Under the pieces are notes generated by a model, which did not search any database, was not told the DNA's origin, and worked only from the letters and a program-made list of their open reading frames with translations. Shown here one piece after another: positions 55,915 through 64,000 of a stretch of 64,000 nucleotides of DNA (position 1 is the stretch's first letter; each line of letters begins with the position of its first letter). Made by a program: the position numbers and the translations under genes. The stretch comes from Candidatus Latescibacterota bacterium (GTDB lineage: Bacteria > Latescibacterota > UBA2968 > UBA8231): positions 1,632,001-1,696,000 of the forward strand of contig CBDCDC010000002.1 in NCBI GenBank assembly GCA_965215195.1, written 5' to 3'.

Positions 55915-57003
55915 ATGACCGACGCACACCCCTTGATCCTCGATAGCCACCTCGATCTAGCTTTTTCCGCCCTGCAAATCAACCGCGACCTGACGCAAAA
56001 GGCGGCCACCGTGCGCGTCCACGACTCGGTGCAGACCATGGAAGGGTTCGGCTCCTGCACGGTGACCTTCCCCGAGCTGCGCCGCGGCAAGGTCGGCCTG
56101 TTCTGCGGCACGGTGATGTCGCGCCTAGACCAAGGCGACCGGTGGACCCGCACCGGCATGTACTGCCAGAGCCAGTGCTACGGCGTCGGCCGCGGACATT
56201 TGGCGTACTACCAAGCACTCGAACGCGCGGGCCTGCTCCGCTTCGTCAAAAGCATCGCCGATCTAGACGAAACCATCGCCGCCTGGCAAAACCCCGGCCC
56301 GACGACCCCCTTCGGCCTGATTCTCGCGATGGAGAGTGCCGACCCCATTTTAGGCCCGGACCAAGTGCCCGAGTGGCGCGAACTCGGCTTGCGCCTAGTG
56401 TCGATCTCGCATTACGGAACCAGCACCTACGCGCACGGCACCGGCACCGAAGGCGGGCTGTTGCCGCCGGCCAAACCCCTGCTCGACGCGCTCAAAGCGG
56501 CCGGCATCATCATCGACTTGACCCACTTGACCGACCAAGCCCACTGGGAGCTTTTGGACGCGTACGACGGCCCGGTCTGCGCTTCGCACCACAATTGCCG
56601 CGCCCTCACCCCCGGCCAGCGCCAGCTCACCGACGCAATGATCCGCTCCATCGCCGAGCGCGATGGGGTCATCGGCACGGCCTTCGACGCTTGGATGCTC
56701 GACCCGGGCTGGCAGCGCAAAGTCCCCGCCTTTGCACAACTGACCAACGCCACCTTGGAAACCGTCGCCAACCACATCGACCACATCAGCCAGCTTTTGG
56801 GCACTGTGCGCCACTGCGGCATTGGCACTGATCTCGACGGCGGCTTCGGCACCGAGCAAGCCCCGCGCAACCTCAACACCATCGCCGATCTGCAAAAACT
56901 CCAGCCCATCTTCGCACACCGCGGCTACTCGCCAGCAGACATCGCCGGGATTTTTTCGGGCAACTGGATCCGGCTCTTCAAGGACGTGTGGGGCCGCTCT
57001 TAA
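55915..57003 (+). CDS. Membrane dipeptidase (peptidase M19) family, tandem paralog
   Basis: LDSHLDLA, MESADPI, DLTH, ASHHNCRAL, IGTDLDGG, GNWIR. Confidence 0.92.
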   Translation: MTDAHPLILDSHLDLAFSALQINRDLTQKAATVRVHDSVQTMEGFGSCTVTFPELRRGKVGLFCGTVMSRLDQGDRWTRTGMYCQSQCYGVGRGHLAYYQALERAGLLRFVKSIADLDETIAAWQNPGPTTPFGLILAMESADPILGPDQVPEWRELGLRLVSISHYGTSTYAHGTGTEGGLLPPAKPLLDALKAAGIIIDLTHLTDQAHWELLDAYDGPVCASHHNCRALTPGQRQLTDAMIRSIAERDGVIGTAFDAWMLDPGWQRKVPAFAQLTNATLETVANHIDHISQLLGTVRHCGIGTDLDGGFGTEQAPRNLNTIADLQKLQPIFAHRGYSPADIAGIFSGNWIRLFKDVWGRS

Positions 57004-57088
57004 AATCGGCGGATGCGTTGCCGCCATGCGACTGCCTCTGACGTTCTCTCCTTTTTCGTTACAAATCGTTCAAAGTCGTCTCTTTCTC

Positions 57089-57117
57089 TTGTCATTATCG
57101 CCATTCTTGCCTATACT
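57089..57117 (+). promoter_or_regulatory. Sigma70-type promoter for ilvBN
   Basis: TTGTCA-17 nt-TATACT, with an AGGAGG RBS before ATG 57175. Confidence 0.7.
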
Positions 57118-57174
57118 TTGCTTAGGTTAATTACATAATAATTTCCAAACCACTTATTCTAGGAGGAAATCGAC

Positions 57175-58893
57175 ATGGCGAGAGGAGCCGACAAGGTAAT
57201 CGAAGCACTCGACCGCTTTGGCGTCGAGTACGTCTTCGGCCATCCGGGCGGCGCGGCCATGCCCATCTTTGACGCGCTGCTCAACTCCGAGCAGATCCGC
57301 TTCGTCCTCACCCGGCACGAGCAAGGCGCGACCCACATGGCCGACGGGTATGCCCGCGCCACCGGCAAGCCCGGCGTCGTCCTCGTAACCTCCGGCCCGG
57401 GCGCAACCAACACCATCACCGGCCTGCTAACCGCGCTGATGGATTCCTCGCCCGTCATCGCCCTCACCGGCCAAACCGTCACCTCCATGCTCGGCAAGGA
57501 CGCCTTTCAGGAGGCCGATGTCTTCGGCATCTCCATGCCCGTCGTCAAGCACTCCTATCTGGTGAGAGACCCCAACGACATCCCCCGCGTGATGACCGAG
57601 GCATTCCACATCGCCACCACTGGCCGGCCGGGGCCGGTGCTCGTCGATTTGCCCAAGGACGTCACCCAAGGCGACCCCTTCCCCGAATGCACGGCCGACT
57701 TTCCCGAGAAGGTTTATTTGCCTGGTTACACTTGGCAGACCAAGCCCGCGCCCGAGCTGCTCGAAGCCACCGCCGCCCTCCTGCGCCGGAGCAAGCGTCC
57801 CTTGCTCTACTTGGGCGGCGGCTGCATTGCCTCGGGTGCCCACGAAGCCGCTAGAGCTTTTGCCGAAAAGACGCGGATGCCAGTGACCAACACCCTGCTC
57901 GGCAAGGGAGCGTTCCCCGAGCAGCACGCGCTCTCGGTGGGTATGCTCGGCATGCACGGCACGGCCTATGCCAACAAGGCCGTCGTCGGCTGCGATCTGA
58001 TTATGTCGGTGGGCGGGCGCTGGGACGACCGGATCACGGGCAAGCTGGCAGAATTTTGTCCAGACGCAAAAAAGATCCACATCGACATCGACCCAGCCGA
58101 ATACGGCAAAGTGGTCGTGCCCGACGTTTTTATCGAGGGCGATGCGCGCCAAGTGCTCGAAGAGCTAATCAACTACCTCGAGCCGCTCAACACGGCAGCT
58201 TGGCTGGCCCAAATCGACGAGTGGAAGGAGAAATACCCGCTCAAATACGGCAAGCGCGGCGGCCTCAAGATGCAGGCCGTCATCGACCGCCTGTACGAAC
58301 TGACCGCTGGCCGCGCCGTGGTGACCACGGACGTCGGCCAGCACCAGATGTGGGCGGCCCAGTTCTACAAGACGGCACACCACCGCCAGTGGCTTTCCTC
58401 CGGCGGCGCTGGCACCATGGGCTTTGGCTTCCCCGCGGCCATCGGCGCCCAATTCGGCCGTCCCGAAGAGACCGTGGTCGCCATCTGCGGCGACGGCGGC
58501 TTCCAGATGACCCTGTGCGAGCTGGCCACGGCCGTCATCCATCGGCTGCCGATTAAAATTCTAGTCCTCGACAACAAGTACCTCGGCATGGTCCGCCAGT
58601 GGCAGAACCTCTTTTTTGACAATCGCCTCTCCGGCGTCGATCTGGAGGGCAACCCCGACTTCTCCAAGCTCGCCGAAGCCTACGGGGCCAAGGGCTTCCG
58701 CATCAAGCGCACCGCCGACATCGACAAAGTCCTCAAGCAGGCCCTCGCCTGCGACGACGGCCCTTGCGTCATCCACGCCGAATGCGAGAAAGAAGACAAC
58801 GTCTTTCCCATGATCCCGGCCGGAGCCGCGCTCACCGACATGCTGATCGAGGCCCCCAAGCAGAAACTGGCTCAACCCAAAGGGAGCACCTGA
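57175..58893 (+). CDS. ilvB: Acetolactate synthase large subunit
   Basis: [65 protein letters not shown]. Confidence 0.97.
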   Translation: MARGADKVIEALDRFGVEYVFGHPGGAAMPIFDALLNSEQIRFVLTRHEQGATHMADGYARATGKPGVVLVTSGPGATNTITGLLTALMDSSPVIALTGQTVTSMLGKDAFQEADVFGISMPVVKHSYLVRDPNDIPRVMTEAFHIATTGRPGPVLVDLPKDVTQGDPFPECTADFPEKVYLPGYTWQTKPAPELLEATAALLRRSKRPLLYLGGGCIASGAHEAARAFAEKTRMPVTNTLLGKGAFPEQHALSVGMLGMHGTAYANKAVVGCDLIMSVGGRWDDRITGKLAEFCPDAKKIHIDIDPAEYGKVVVPDVFIEGDARQVLEELINYLEPLNTAAWLAQIDEWKEKYPLKYGKRGGLKMQAVIDRLYELTAGRAVVTTDVGQHQMWAAQFYKTAHHRQWLSSGGAGTMGFGFPAAIGAQFGRPEETVVAICGDGGFQMTLCELATAVIHRLPIKILVLDNKYLGMVRQWQNLFFDNRLSGVDLEGNPDFSKLAEAYGAKGFRIKRTADIDKVLKQALACDDGPCVIHAECEKEDNVFPMIPAGAALTDMLIEAPKQKLAQPKGST

Positions 58894-59471
58894 TGCCGAC
58901 GACCATCATCGACTTTGCCGCCGAGGAGCTCAATGCCCGCCAAGAGGCCGTTGACGCGCCTCAGCTCCGGCCGACAGCACCCCAACACAAGACCACCATC
59001 GGCCTGTTGGTCAACGACCGCCCCGGCGTCTTGGTGAGGATCGCCCAGTGCTTTGCGCGCCGCGGCTACAACATCGAGAACCTCGTCGTTTCGCCGGCCC
59101 ACATCCCCCAGTGCTCGCGCATGACCATCACCAGCATCGGGCCGGCCATTGAGCTGCACCAGATCATCCTTCAGCTCAACAAGCTAGTCGACGTCATCCA
59201 CGCCAAAGACCACTCGGCCGACGAGGCCATCACCCGCGAGTTGGCCCTCTTCAAGGTCGGCTGCTCGGTCGCCGAGCGCACCGAGGTCTTGCAGATCGCC
59301 GAGGTTTTCCGCGGCAAGACGGTCGATATCTCGGAGGCCACTATCACCATCGAAGCCACCGGCACCACCGAGAAGATGGACGCGCTCAAGTCGCTTTTGA
59401 GCAAATTCGACCTCAAGGAGATGGTGCGCACCGGCAAGGTGGTCATGGCCCGCGGCATTGAGCCGACGTAA
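58893..59471 (+). CDS. ilvN: Acetolactate synthase small (regulatory) subunit
   Basis: TGATG overlap with ilvB, LVNDRPGVLVRI..CFARRGYNIENL, QLNKLVDV, RELALFKV, EMVRTG. Confidence 0.95.
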   Translation: MPTTIIDFAAEELNARQEAVDAPQLRPTAPQHKTTIGLLVNDRPGVLVRIAQCFARRGYNIENLVVSPAHIPQCSRMTITSIGPAIELHQIILQLNKLVDVIHAKDHSADEAITRELALFKVGCSVAERTEVLQIAEVFRGKTVDISEATITIEATGTTEKMDALKSLLSKFDLKEMVRTGKVVMARGIEPT

Positions 59472-59508
59472 AAAAGGGGGGGACGGGCGTTGCCCGTCCC
59501 CCCCTTTT
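59472..59508. terminator. Bidirectional rho-independent terminator
   Basis: aaaagggggggacgggc-gtt-gcccgtccccccctttt between convergent genes. Confidence 0.9.
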
Positions 59509-59524
59509 GCCATCTGTATCTCCC

Positions 59525-62398
59525 TTAAAACGCCACGCCCAACTGGGCAAAGACCAAGCGGCCAATCTCCGGGGCCCCAATAAAGGTCCGGTGCTTGTTG
59601 TCGAGCGCGTTGGAAACATCTACCCCGAGCCGCAAATTGCTTCCGACCGGCAGCAGATAACTGGCGTTCAAATCGAGTAGCGAGTACGCATCCACATCCC
59701 CGACGAATACCCCCGACTCTTGGCGGAACGCCCCCACGTAGCGCCACTGCGCCCCTAGGGTTAGCTGCGGTTGGTCGAAGGTGTAGGACGTGCCTAGCTT
59801 GTATTTGTTACCCGGCGCGTTGAGGGCCACGTCGGCGATGCCATCGACATTTTCAAACAAGGTCTCATCAACGTAAGAGTAGCTGCCCGTTAGCACCCAT
59901 TCGTCGCTCGGGAAATAGGCCAAGTTCACATCCAGCCCGTTGAGGGTAATCTCGCCGAAGTTGCGATAGGTCAACATCACGGCCGTCGGGTCGTAGGCTT
60001 GCTCGGGCGTAACCGTGCCAAACGGTATGCCCGCGGCTCCGCCGGCAAACAACGCGACAATTTCATCCGCCGGCGAGCCATTGCCATTGCCAGACAAGGT
60101 GCCCGGGACCTGCATGTTGTCGAGCGGAGCGATCGCCTCGGCCAACTCTGCATCTTCGGCCAGCGCCTCGCCAAGGCTAGCACCTAGCGCCGCCCCGAGG
60201 CTAGCCGGATCGAGGAATACATTGGGCGTCTGGACCTGAACTGGGGAGACGAAATCCTCGATCCGGGTGCGATACAGGTCGGCCGCCACCACCAACTTCG
60301 TGCCGATAACCCCCTTGTAGCCCAGTTCAAAGGTCTCGGTAGTTGTCGAGCGAGTCAGGGGCACGTCTAAAACATCGGCTACCGGATCAAAGGGGGCCGG
60401 ATCGCCGGCTGCCACCTTCTCGAGGTTGAGCATAGCCAAGGCATTGTCCAACCCGCTCAGTTGTTCGGGTACCAGCGCAGCTAACCCGCCCAATAGCTGC
60501 TCGGCGGCAGCCTCAGCCGCTGCTTGGTCCAGCTCTCGCAGGACCCCTATCTGGGTCGCCGCTAGTCCCCGAAAAAGCTCTGTATCGAGCCTGCTCAACA
60601 CGCCGCGACGCCCTAGACCCCACATCACATTGGTAAAAACCGGATCCCCCAAGTCGATATAGTCGGCCTTCTGCATCCCCCCCACTGGCGCAAAGGGCGA
60701 GCGGAACTGCGGCCGGCCATTGCCCGAGCGAGCAAAGGTCCAGCCATCGGCAAAACCCTCGCGATAGGTTCCCTGCGCCCGCACGTCAATGGCCGGCGCA
60801 AAGCCCAGCGATGGCGCAAAGGCCGCGCCAATGCCAAAGGGATCCGGGCTGGAGAGGAGGTCCAAATAGAGGTTGTTGCTCGATGGAGTTGCAAAGGCGT
60901 GGTTGTAGGTCAGCCGCAGGATCTGGGTCTCCTGCGGCTTAAAAACTAGCCCGGCGCGCGGCGAGATCTCGGCGTCGGCAATGCGGTTGTGGTCGTCGTA
61001 GCGCAAGGCCACCACCAAGTCGAGCATCTCGCTCAGGGCCGTCTCGCTCTGCACGTAGGCCCCAAATTCGTCGATCTGGTCGTAGTCCTCGTTCTCGCCG
61101 TTGATGGTCCCCTCAGTATCGGGCCGCGTCAGCAGCACATCGACGCCGTAGGTGAAGCGCTGCCTCACTCCCAGCGCCGAGGAGTGCTGAAGTTGGAACG
61201 CGGTCAGCTTGGAGTTATCGACGATCGGATTCCCATCGCGCAGGGTAAAGGTGTCGCCGGCGTTGCTCCCATTTTGAAAGACCTGAGCAAACCAATCCTT
61301 GTACAGCAGGCGAAACTGGACATATTTGTACGCCCAATCTTGAGCTTGGCCGGCCCCTAGGCCGGTCAATTCGATCTGGTCGCCCTTGTTGTATCCGTAC
61401 GCCAAAATGGCCGTCAAGTCATCCGATGCCCGGTAGTCAAAGCGCACTTCGGCGCTCTGGCGCTCAATGTCAAAATTGCGCGCTGGAATGTCTGGATTGG
61501 CGGTCCTAGACCGCACCTCCTCCGGGTCTTCGTATTCCCAATCCATCCCCGTATAGTACTGGGCCGAGACCTTGTAGCCGAGGCGCTCGCCAGCAGCCCC
61601 GGCGTGGCGCATACCGACCTTGTACACACTCCGCTCGCCCACGCCCAAGTTGACATTGGTCCCCGCCGAAGTGAACGGCGAGCGGGTGATGATGTGCATC
61701 ACGCCGTTGGCGCTATTGGGACCGTAGAGCGCCGACCCCGGCCCCAACACCACCTCAATGCGCTCGATATCGTCGTTGGTCACCGGAATGAAATTGTAGG
61801 CATTCAGCCGCAGCGAGGGAATGCGGGCAATGCGATTGTCGGTCAGCGTCAGCAGCGTACCAGAAAAGACATTGTTGAAGCCCCGCACGACCACATTGCT
61901 CTGGGCCAAGCCGGTCTGGGAAAAATCCACGGCCGGCAGGTCGCGGATGTGCTCGGCGACGCTGAGCGCCGGCCGGTTGCGGATCTCCTTGGCCTCAACC
62001 ACTGCCACCGAGGCCGGGGCTTCGAGGACTTTTTCCTGACGCCGCGAGGCCGAGACTACGTTTTGGTCGAGGAAGATGATTCCCGTTTCCAGCGTCAGCA
62101 TCAGCTCCTGCTCGCCAGCGACGATGCCAACCCCTTCTCGCGTTAGGGGCCGATAGCCGATATGCGTGATGCTGAGCTGATACTCGCCGGCCGGCAACCC
62201 CTGCAAGCGGAAGCGACCGTCTTCGTCGGTGGCCGTGCCGACCTTGCCGCCGGGCAGGCGGTCGCCGACGAGGGCGATGTTGGCCCCGGGAATGGCTTCG
62301 CCCTCCGACCCCATCACGACACCGAAAAGCGTTCCCTCTTGGCCGAAGGCGACGCCCGCCCACAGCACCAGAGCATATACCAGCAGCTTGTTTTTCAT
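59525..62398 (-). CDS. TonB-dependent receptor with an N-terminal carboxypeptidase-regulatory-like domain
   Basis: IPGANI...TDEDGRF, VVSASRR.EK..EAPAS, RGFN, IERIEVVLGPGSALYGPNS..GV..IIT, NALDNK, terminal F. Confidence 0.95.
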   Translation of the reverse strand: MKNKLLVYALVLWAGVAFGQEGTLFGVVMGSEGEAIPGANIALVGDRLPGGKVGTATDEDGRFRLQGLPAGEYQLSITHIGYRPLTREGVGIVAGEQELMLTLETGIIFLDQNVVSASRRQEKVLEAPASVAVVEAKEIRNRPALSVAEHIRDLPAVDFSQTGLAQSNVVVRGFNNVFSGTLLTLTDNRIARIPSLRLNAYNFIPVTNDDIERIEVVLGPGSALYGPNSANGVMHIITRSPFTSAGTNVNLGVGERSVYKVGMRHAGAAGERLGYKVSAQYYTGMDWEYEDPEEVRSRTANPDIPARNFDIERQSAEVRFDYRASDDLTAILAYGYNKGDQIELTGLGAGQAQDWAYKYVQFRLLYKDWFAQVFQNGSNAGDTFTLRDGNPIVDNSKLTAFQLQHSSALGVRQRFTYGVDVLLTRPDTEGTINGENEDYDQIDEFGAYVQSETALSEMLDLVVALRYDDHNRIADAEISPRAGLVFKPQETQILRLTYNHAFATPSSNNLYLDLLSSPDPFGIGAAFAPSLGFAPAIDVRAQGTYREGFADGWTFARSGNGRPQFRSPFAPVGGMQKADYIDLGDPVFTNVMWGLGRRGVLSRLDTELFRGLAATQIGVLRELDQAAAEAAAEQLLGGLAALVPEQLSGLDNALAMLNLEKVAAGDPAPFDPVADVLDVPLTRSTTTETFELGYKGVIGTKLVVAADLYRTRIEDFVSPVQVQTPNVFLDPASLGAALGASLGEALAEDAELAEAIAPLDNMQVPGTLSGNGNGSPADEIVALFAGGAAGIPFGTVTPEQAYDPTAVMLTYRNFGEITLNGLDVNLAYFPSDEWVLTGSYSYVDETLFENVDGIADVALNAPGNKYKLGTSYTFDQPQLTLGAQWRYVGAFRQESGVFVGDVDAYSLLDLNASYLLPVGSNLRLGVDVSNALDNKHRTFIGAPEIGRLVFAQLGVAF

Positions 62399-62609
62399 GC
62401 GATTAGCTCCTCCCTTTTTGTCCTATAAAGTATCCCTGAATACCCGATCTCGCTACCCCAATGAGTATTCGGGCCTTGCGTTGACGCGAACTCCGGCGAC
62501 AAAGCTCTGCGCGTTCCCCGCCCAAGGGGAATCTCTTCTATTGATTCCCCGCGTTTCCATTGCGTATTTTCTCAGCCTAAATTCACCTATGCCATCGGAG
62601 AATCATTCC

Positions 62610-63629
62610 ATGCCGGACAAACTCAAACTCGCCTTTATTGGCTGCGGTGCCATCGCTCGCTTTCACCTCGACGGCATCAAGGGCCACGCGCCCCGCATTG
62701 ACGTCACCGCGTTAGTCGATCTCGACGAGTCAAAAGCCCAAGCCTACGCCGCTGAAACCGGCGGGCAGGCCTTCACCTCGCTCGACGAAGCGCTCGAAAA
62801 GGGCGACTTCGACGCCGTTGACATCATGCTGCCCCACGACTTGCACGAACCTATCGCCCTCCAGTGCTTGGCTGCCGACAAACACGTGCTCTTGGAAAAG
62901 CCCATGGCCCCCACCCTCGACGCCTGCGACCGCATTCTCGCGGCCGCACACGAGGCTTCAGGCGTTTTCATGGTTGCCGAAAACAGCCAGTACTGGCCCG
63001 AAATCGTCGAGGCCCAAAAGTACCTTGCAGCCGGGGCCATCGGCGAGATCATCACCGCCCGTGCGGCCTTTGTCTATCCGTTTGACTCCTACTGGTTCAA
63101 AGAGGAGCGGCCCTGGCGTTACGAAAAGGGGCGCACCGGCGGTGGCATTGCCATCGACGGCGGCTCGCACTGGATCCGGCCCTTGCGCATCTGGATGGGC
63201 GAAATCAAAGAGGTGGTCGGCGTGCTGGGGCACCCGCTCGCGCAAATGGAGGGCGAGTCCCTCGCCCGTGCGCTCTTCCGCTTTGACTCGGGCAAGACCG
63301 CCGTCTTCGACGCCATGATGATCGACACGGTCTTTGCCCCAGACCCTTGGTGGCGGATCACTGGCACCAAGGGCGAGCTGACCATCAACGCCGGTCTCGA
63401 CGGGGCCGAACTCTATCTGTGGGACGCAGACCATCCCGAGGGCCAGCGGCTCTTTGCGAGCTTGGGGTACACCGAGTCCTTTGGGCCGGAGCTAGCCGAT
63501 TTTGCCGCCGCCGTCCTCGACGGCAAGGCTCCGGACGCGCCGCCGGAACACGCCCTCGGCGAGCTGCGCACGGCCTTGGCCCTCTATCGCTCGGCCACCA
63601 GCCAGCGGTGGGAGCAGGTGTGGGCGTGA
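62610..63629 (+). CDS. Gfo/Idh/MocA-family oxidoreductase
   Basis: IGCGAIA, PHDLH, KHVLLEKP, G.IGEI, GGG..ID.GSH. Start at ATG 62610. Confidence 0.92.
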   Translation: MPDKLKLAFIGCGAIARFHLDGIKGHAPRIDVTALVDLDESKAQAYAAETGGQAFTSLDEALEKGDFDAVDIMLPHDLHEPIALQCLAADKHVLLEKPMAPTLDACDRILAAAHEASGVFMVAENSQYWPEIVEAQKYLAAGAIGEIITARAAFVYPFDSYWFKEERPWRYEKGRTGGGIAIDGGSHWIRPLRIWMGEIKEVVGVLGHPLAQMEGESLARALFRFDSGKTAVFDAMMIDTVFAPDPWWRITGTKGELTINAGLDGAELYLWDADHPEGQRLFASLGYTESFGPELADFAAAVLDGKAPDAPPEHALGELRTALALYRSATSQRWEQVWA

Positions 63630-63820
63630 TGCTTGCACGAACCCTTCCTTTGGGATATATTCAGCCCTGCGAGGCAGTTCCTCGAAGCACCGAGCATGTT
63701 CGGCCTTTGGACTCTTCCCAACGCCCAAATTCGCCCCCTTTTTCAATCTCAGCGGCAAAGCCTGTCAAGGCCGAGATGCCCTCCCGATCCAAAACGCATT
63801 ACTAATAGAATAGGAAAGCA

Positions 63821-64000
63821 ATGACAGAAAAGTACGTTTACCTGTTTGGAACCTCTCAATCCGAAGGCGACAAGGAAATGCGCAACCTGCTCGGCGGCAA
63901 AGGCGCTAACCTCGCCGAAATGGCCCAGCTCGGCCTGCCCGTCCCAGCCGGTTTTACCATCACCACCGAGGTTTGCACCCATTACTACAATCACGACAAA
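63821..64000 (+). CDS. ppdK: Pyruvate phosphate dikinase, 3'-truncated by the window
   Basis: Manual translation: [52 protein letters not shown]. Not in the ORF track. Confidence 0.93.
   Translation, partial: MTEKYVYLFGTSQSEGDKEMRNLLGGKGANLAEMAQLGLPVPAGFTITTEVCTHYYNHDK

Noticed and set aside
62229-62609. Long N-terminal extensions in the ORF track (also at 3130, 16041, 18241, 44682, 49784, 58764)
   Set aside because: Most overlap neighbouring genes or lack an RBS, and downstream starts fit family N-termini better.

Overview
This is a GC-rich bacterial window. The gene families suggest an FCB-related or Latescibacterota-like lineage, but that is inference only. Roughly 4.5-44.5 kb is a dense cell-envelope region containing two paralogous modules. 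Module A (minus strand, 13062 to 4574) runs: CBM9/DOMON-like protein, lipoprotein, PorV/UPF0164-like beta-barrel, 1081-aa TPR protein, ExbB, ExbD, and a protein with a TonB-type SxxxH anchor fused to a DUF4159-like domain. Module B (minus strand, 37379 to 25079) runs: CBM9-like protein, two large proteins with CHU_C/FlgD-type C-terminal domains, a 916-aa putative outer-membrane protein, a paralogous lipoprotein and a two-domain PPIase. A third large paralog with a C-terminal domain is transcribed divergently from module A. Three exported proteins end in a shared short motif, T-[AE]-V-[ED]-x-x-[ST]-W-G-[RK]-[LIV]-K, a candidate sorting signal. The promoter of module B lies between perfect 19-bp inverted repeats. 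Together these suggest a non-canonical, ExbBD-energised, T9SS-like secretion or surface-display system. The rest of the window is ordinary metabolism (aroA, DHDPS-like, plsC-like, larA, galU, HldE-like kinase, acyl-CoA ligase, enolase-superfamily enzyme, two M19 dipeptidases, ilvBN, a TonB-dependent receptor, Gfo/Idh/MocA, partial ppdK) plus a Uma2/AAA_14 pair. I saw no rRNA, tRNA, CRISPR array or transposase.
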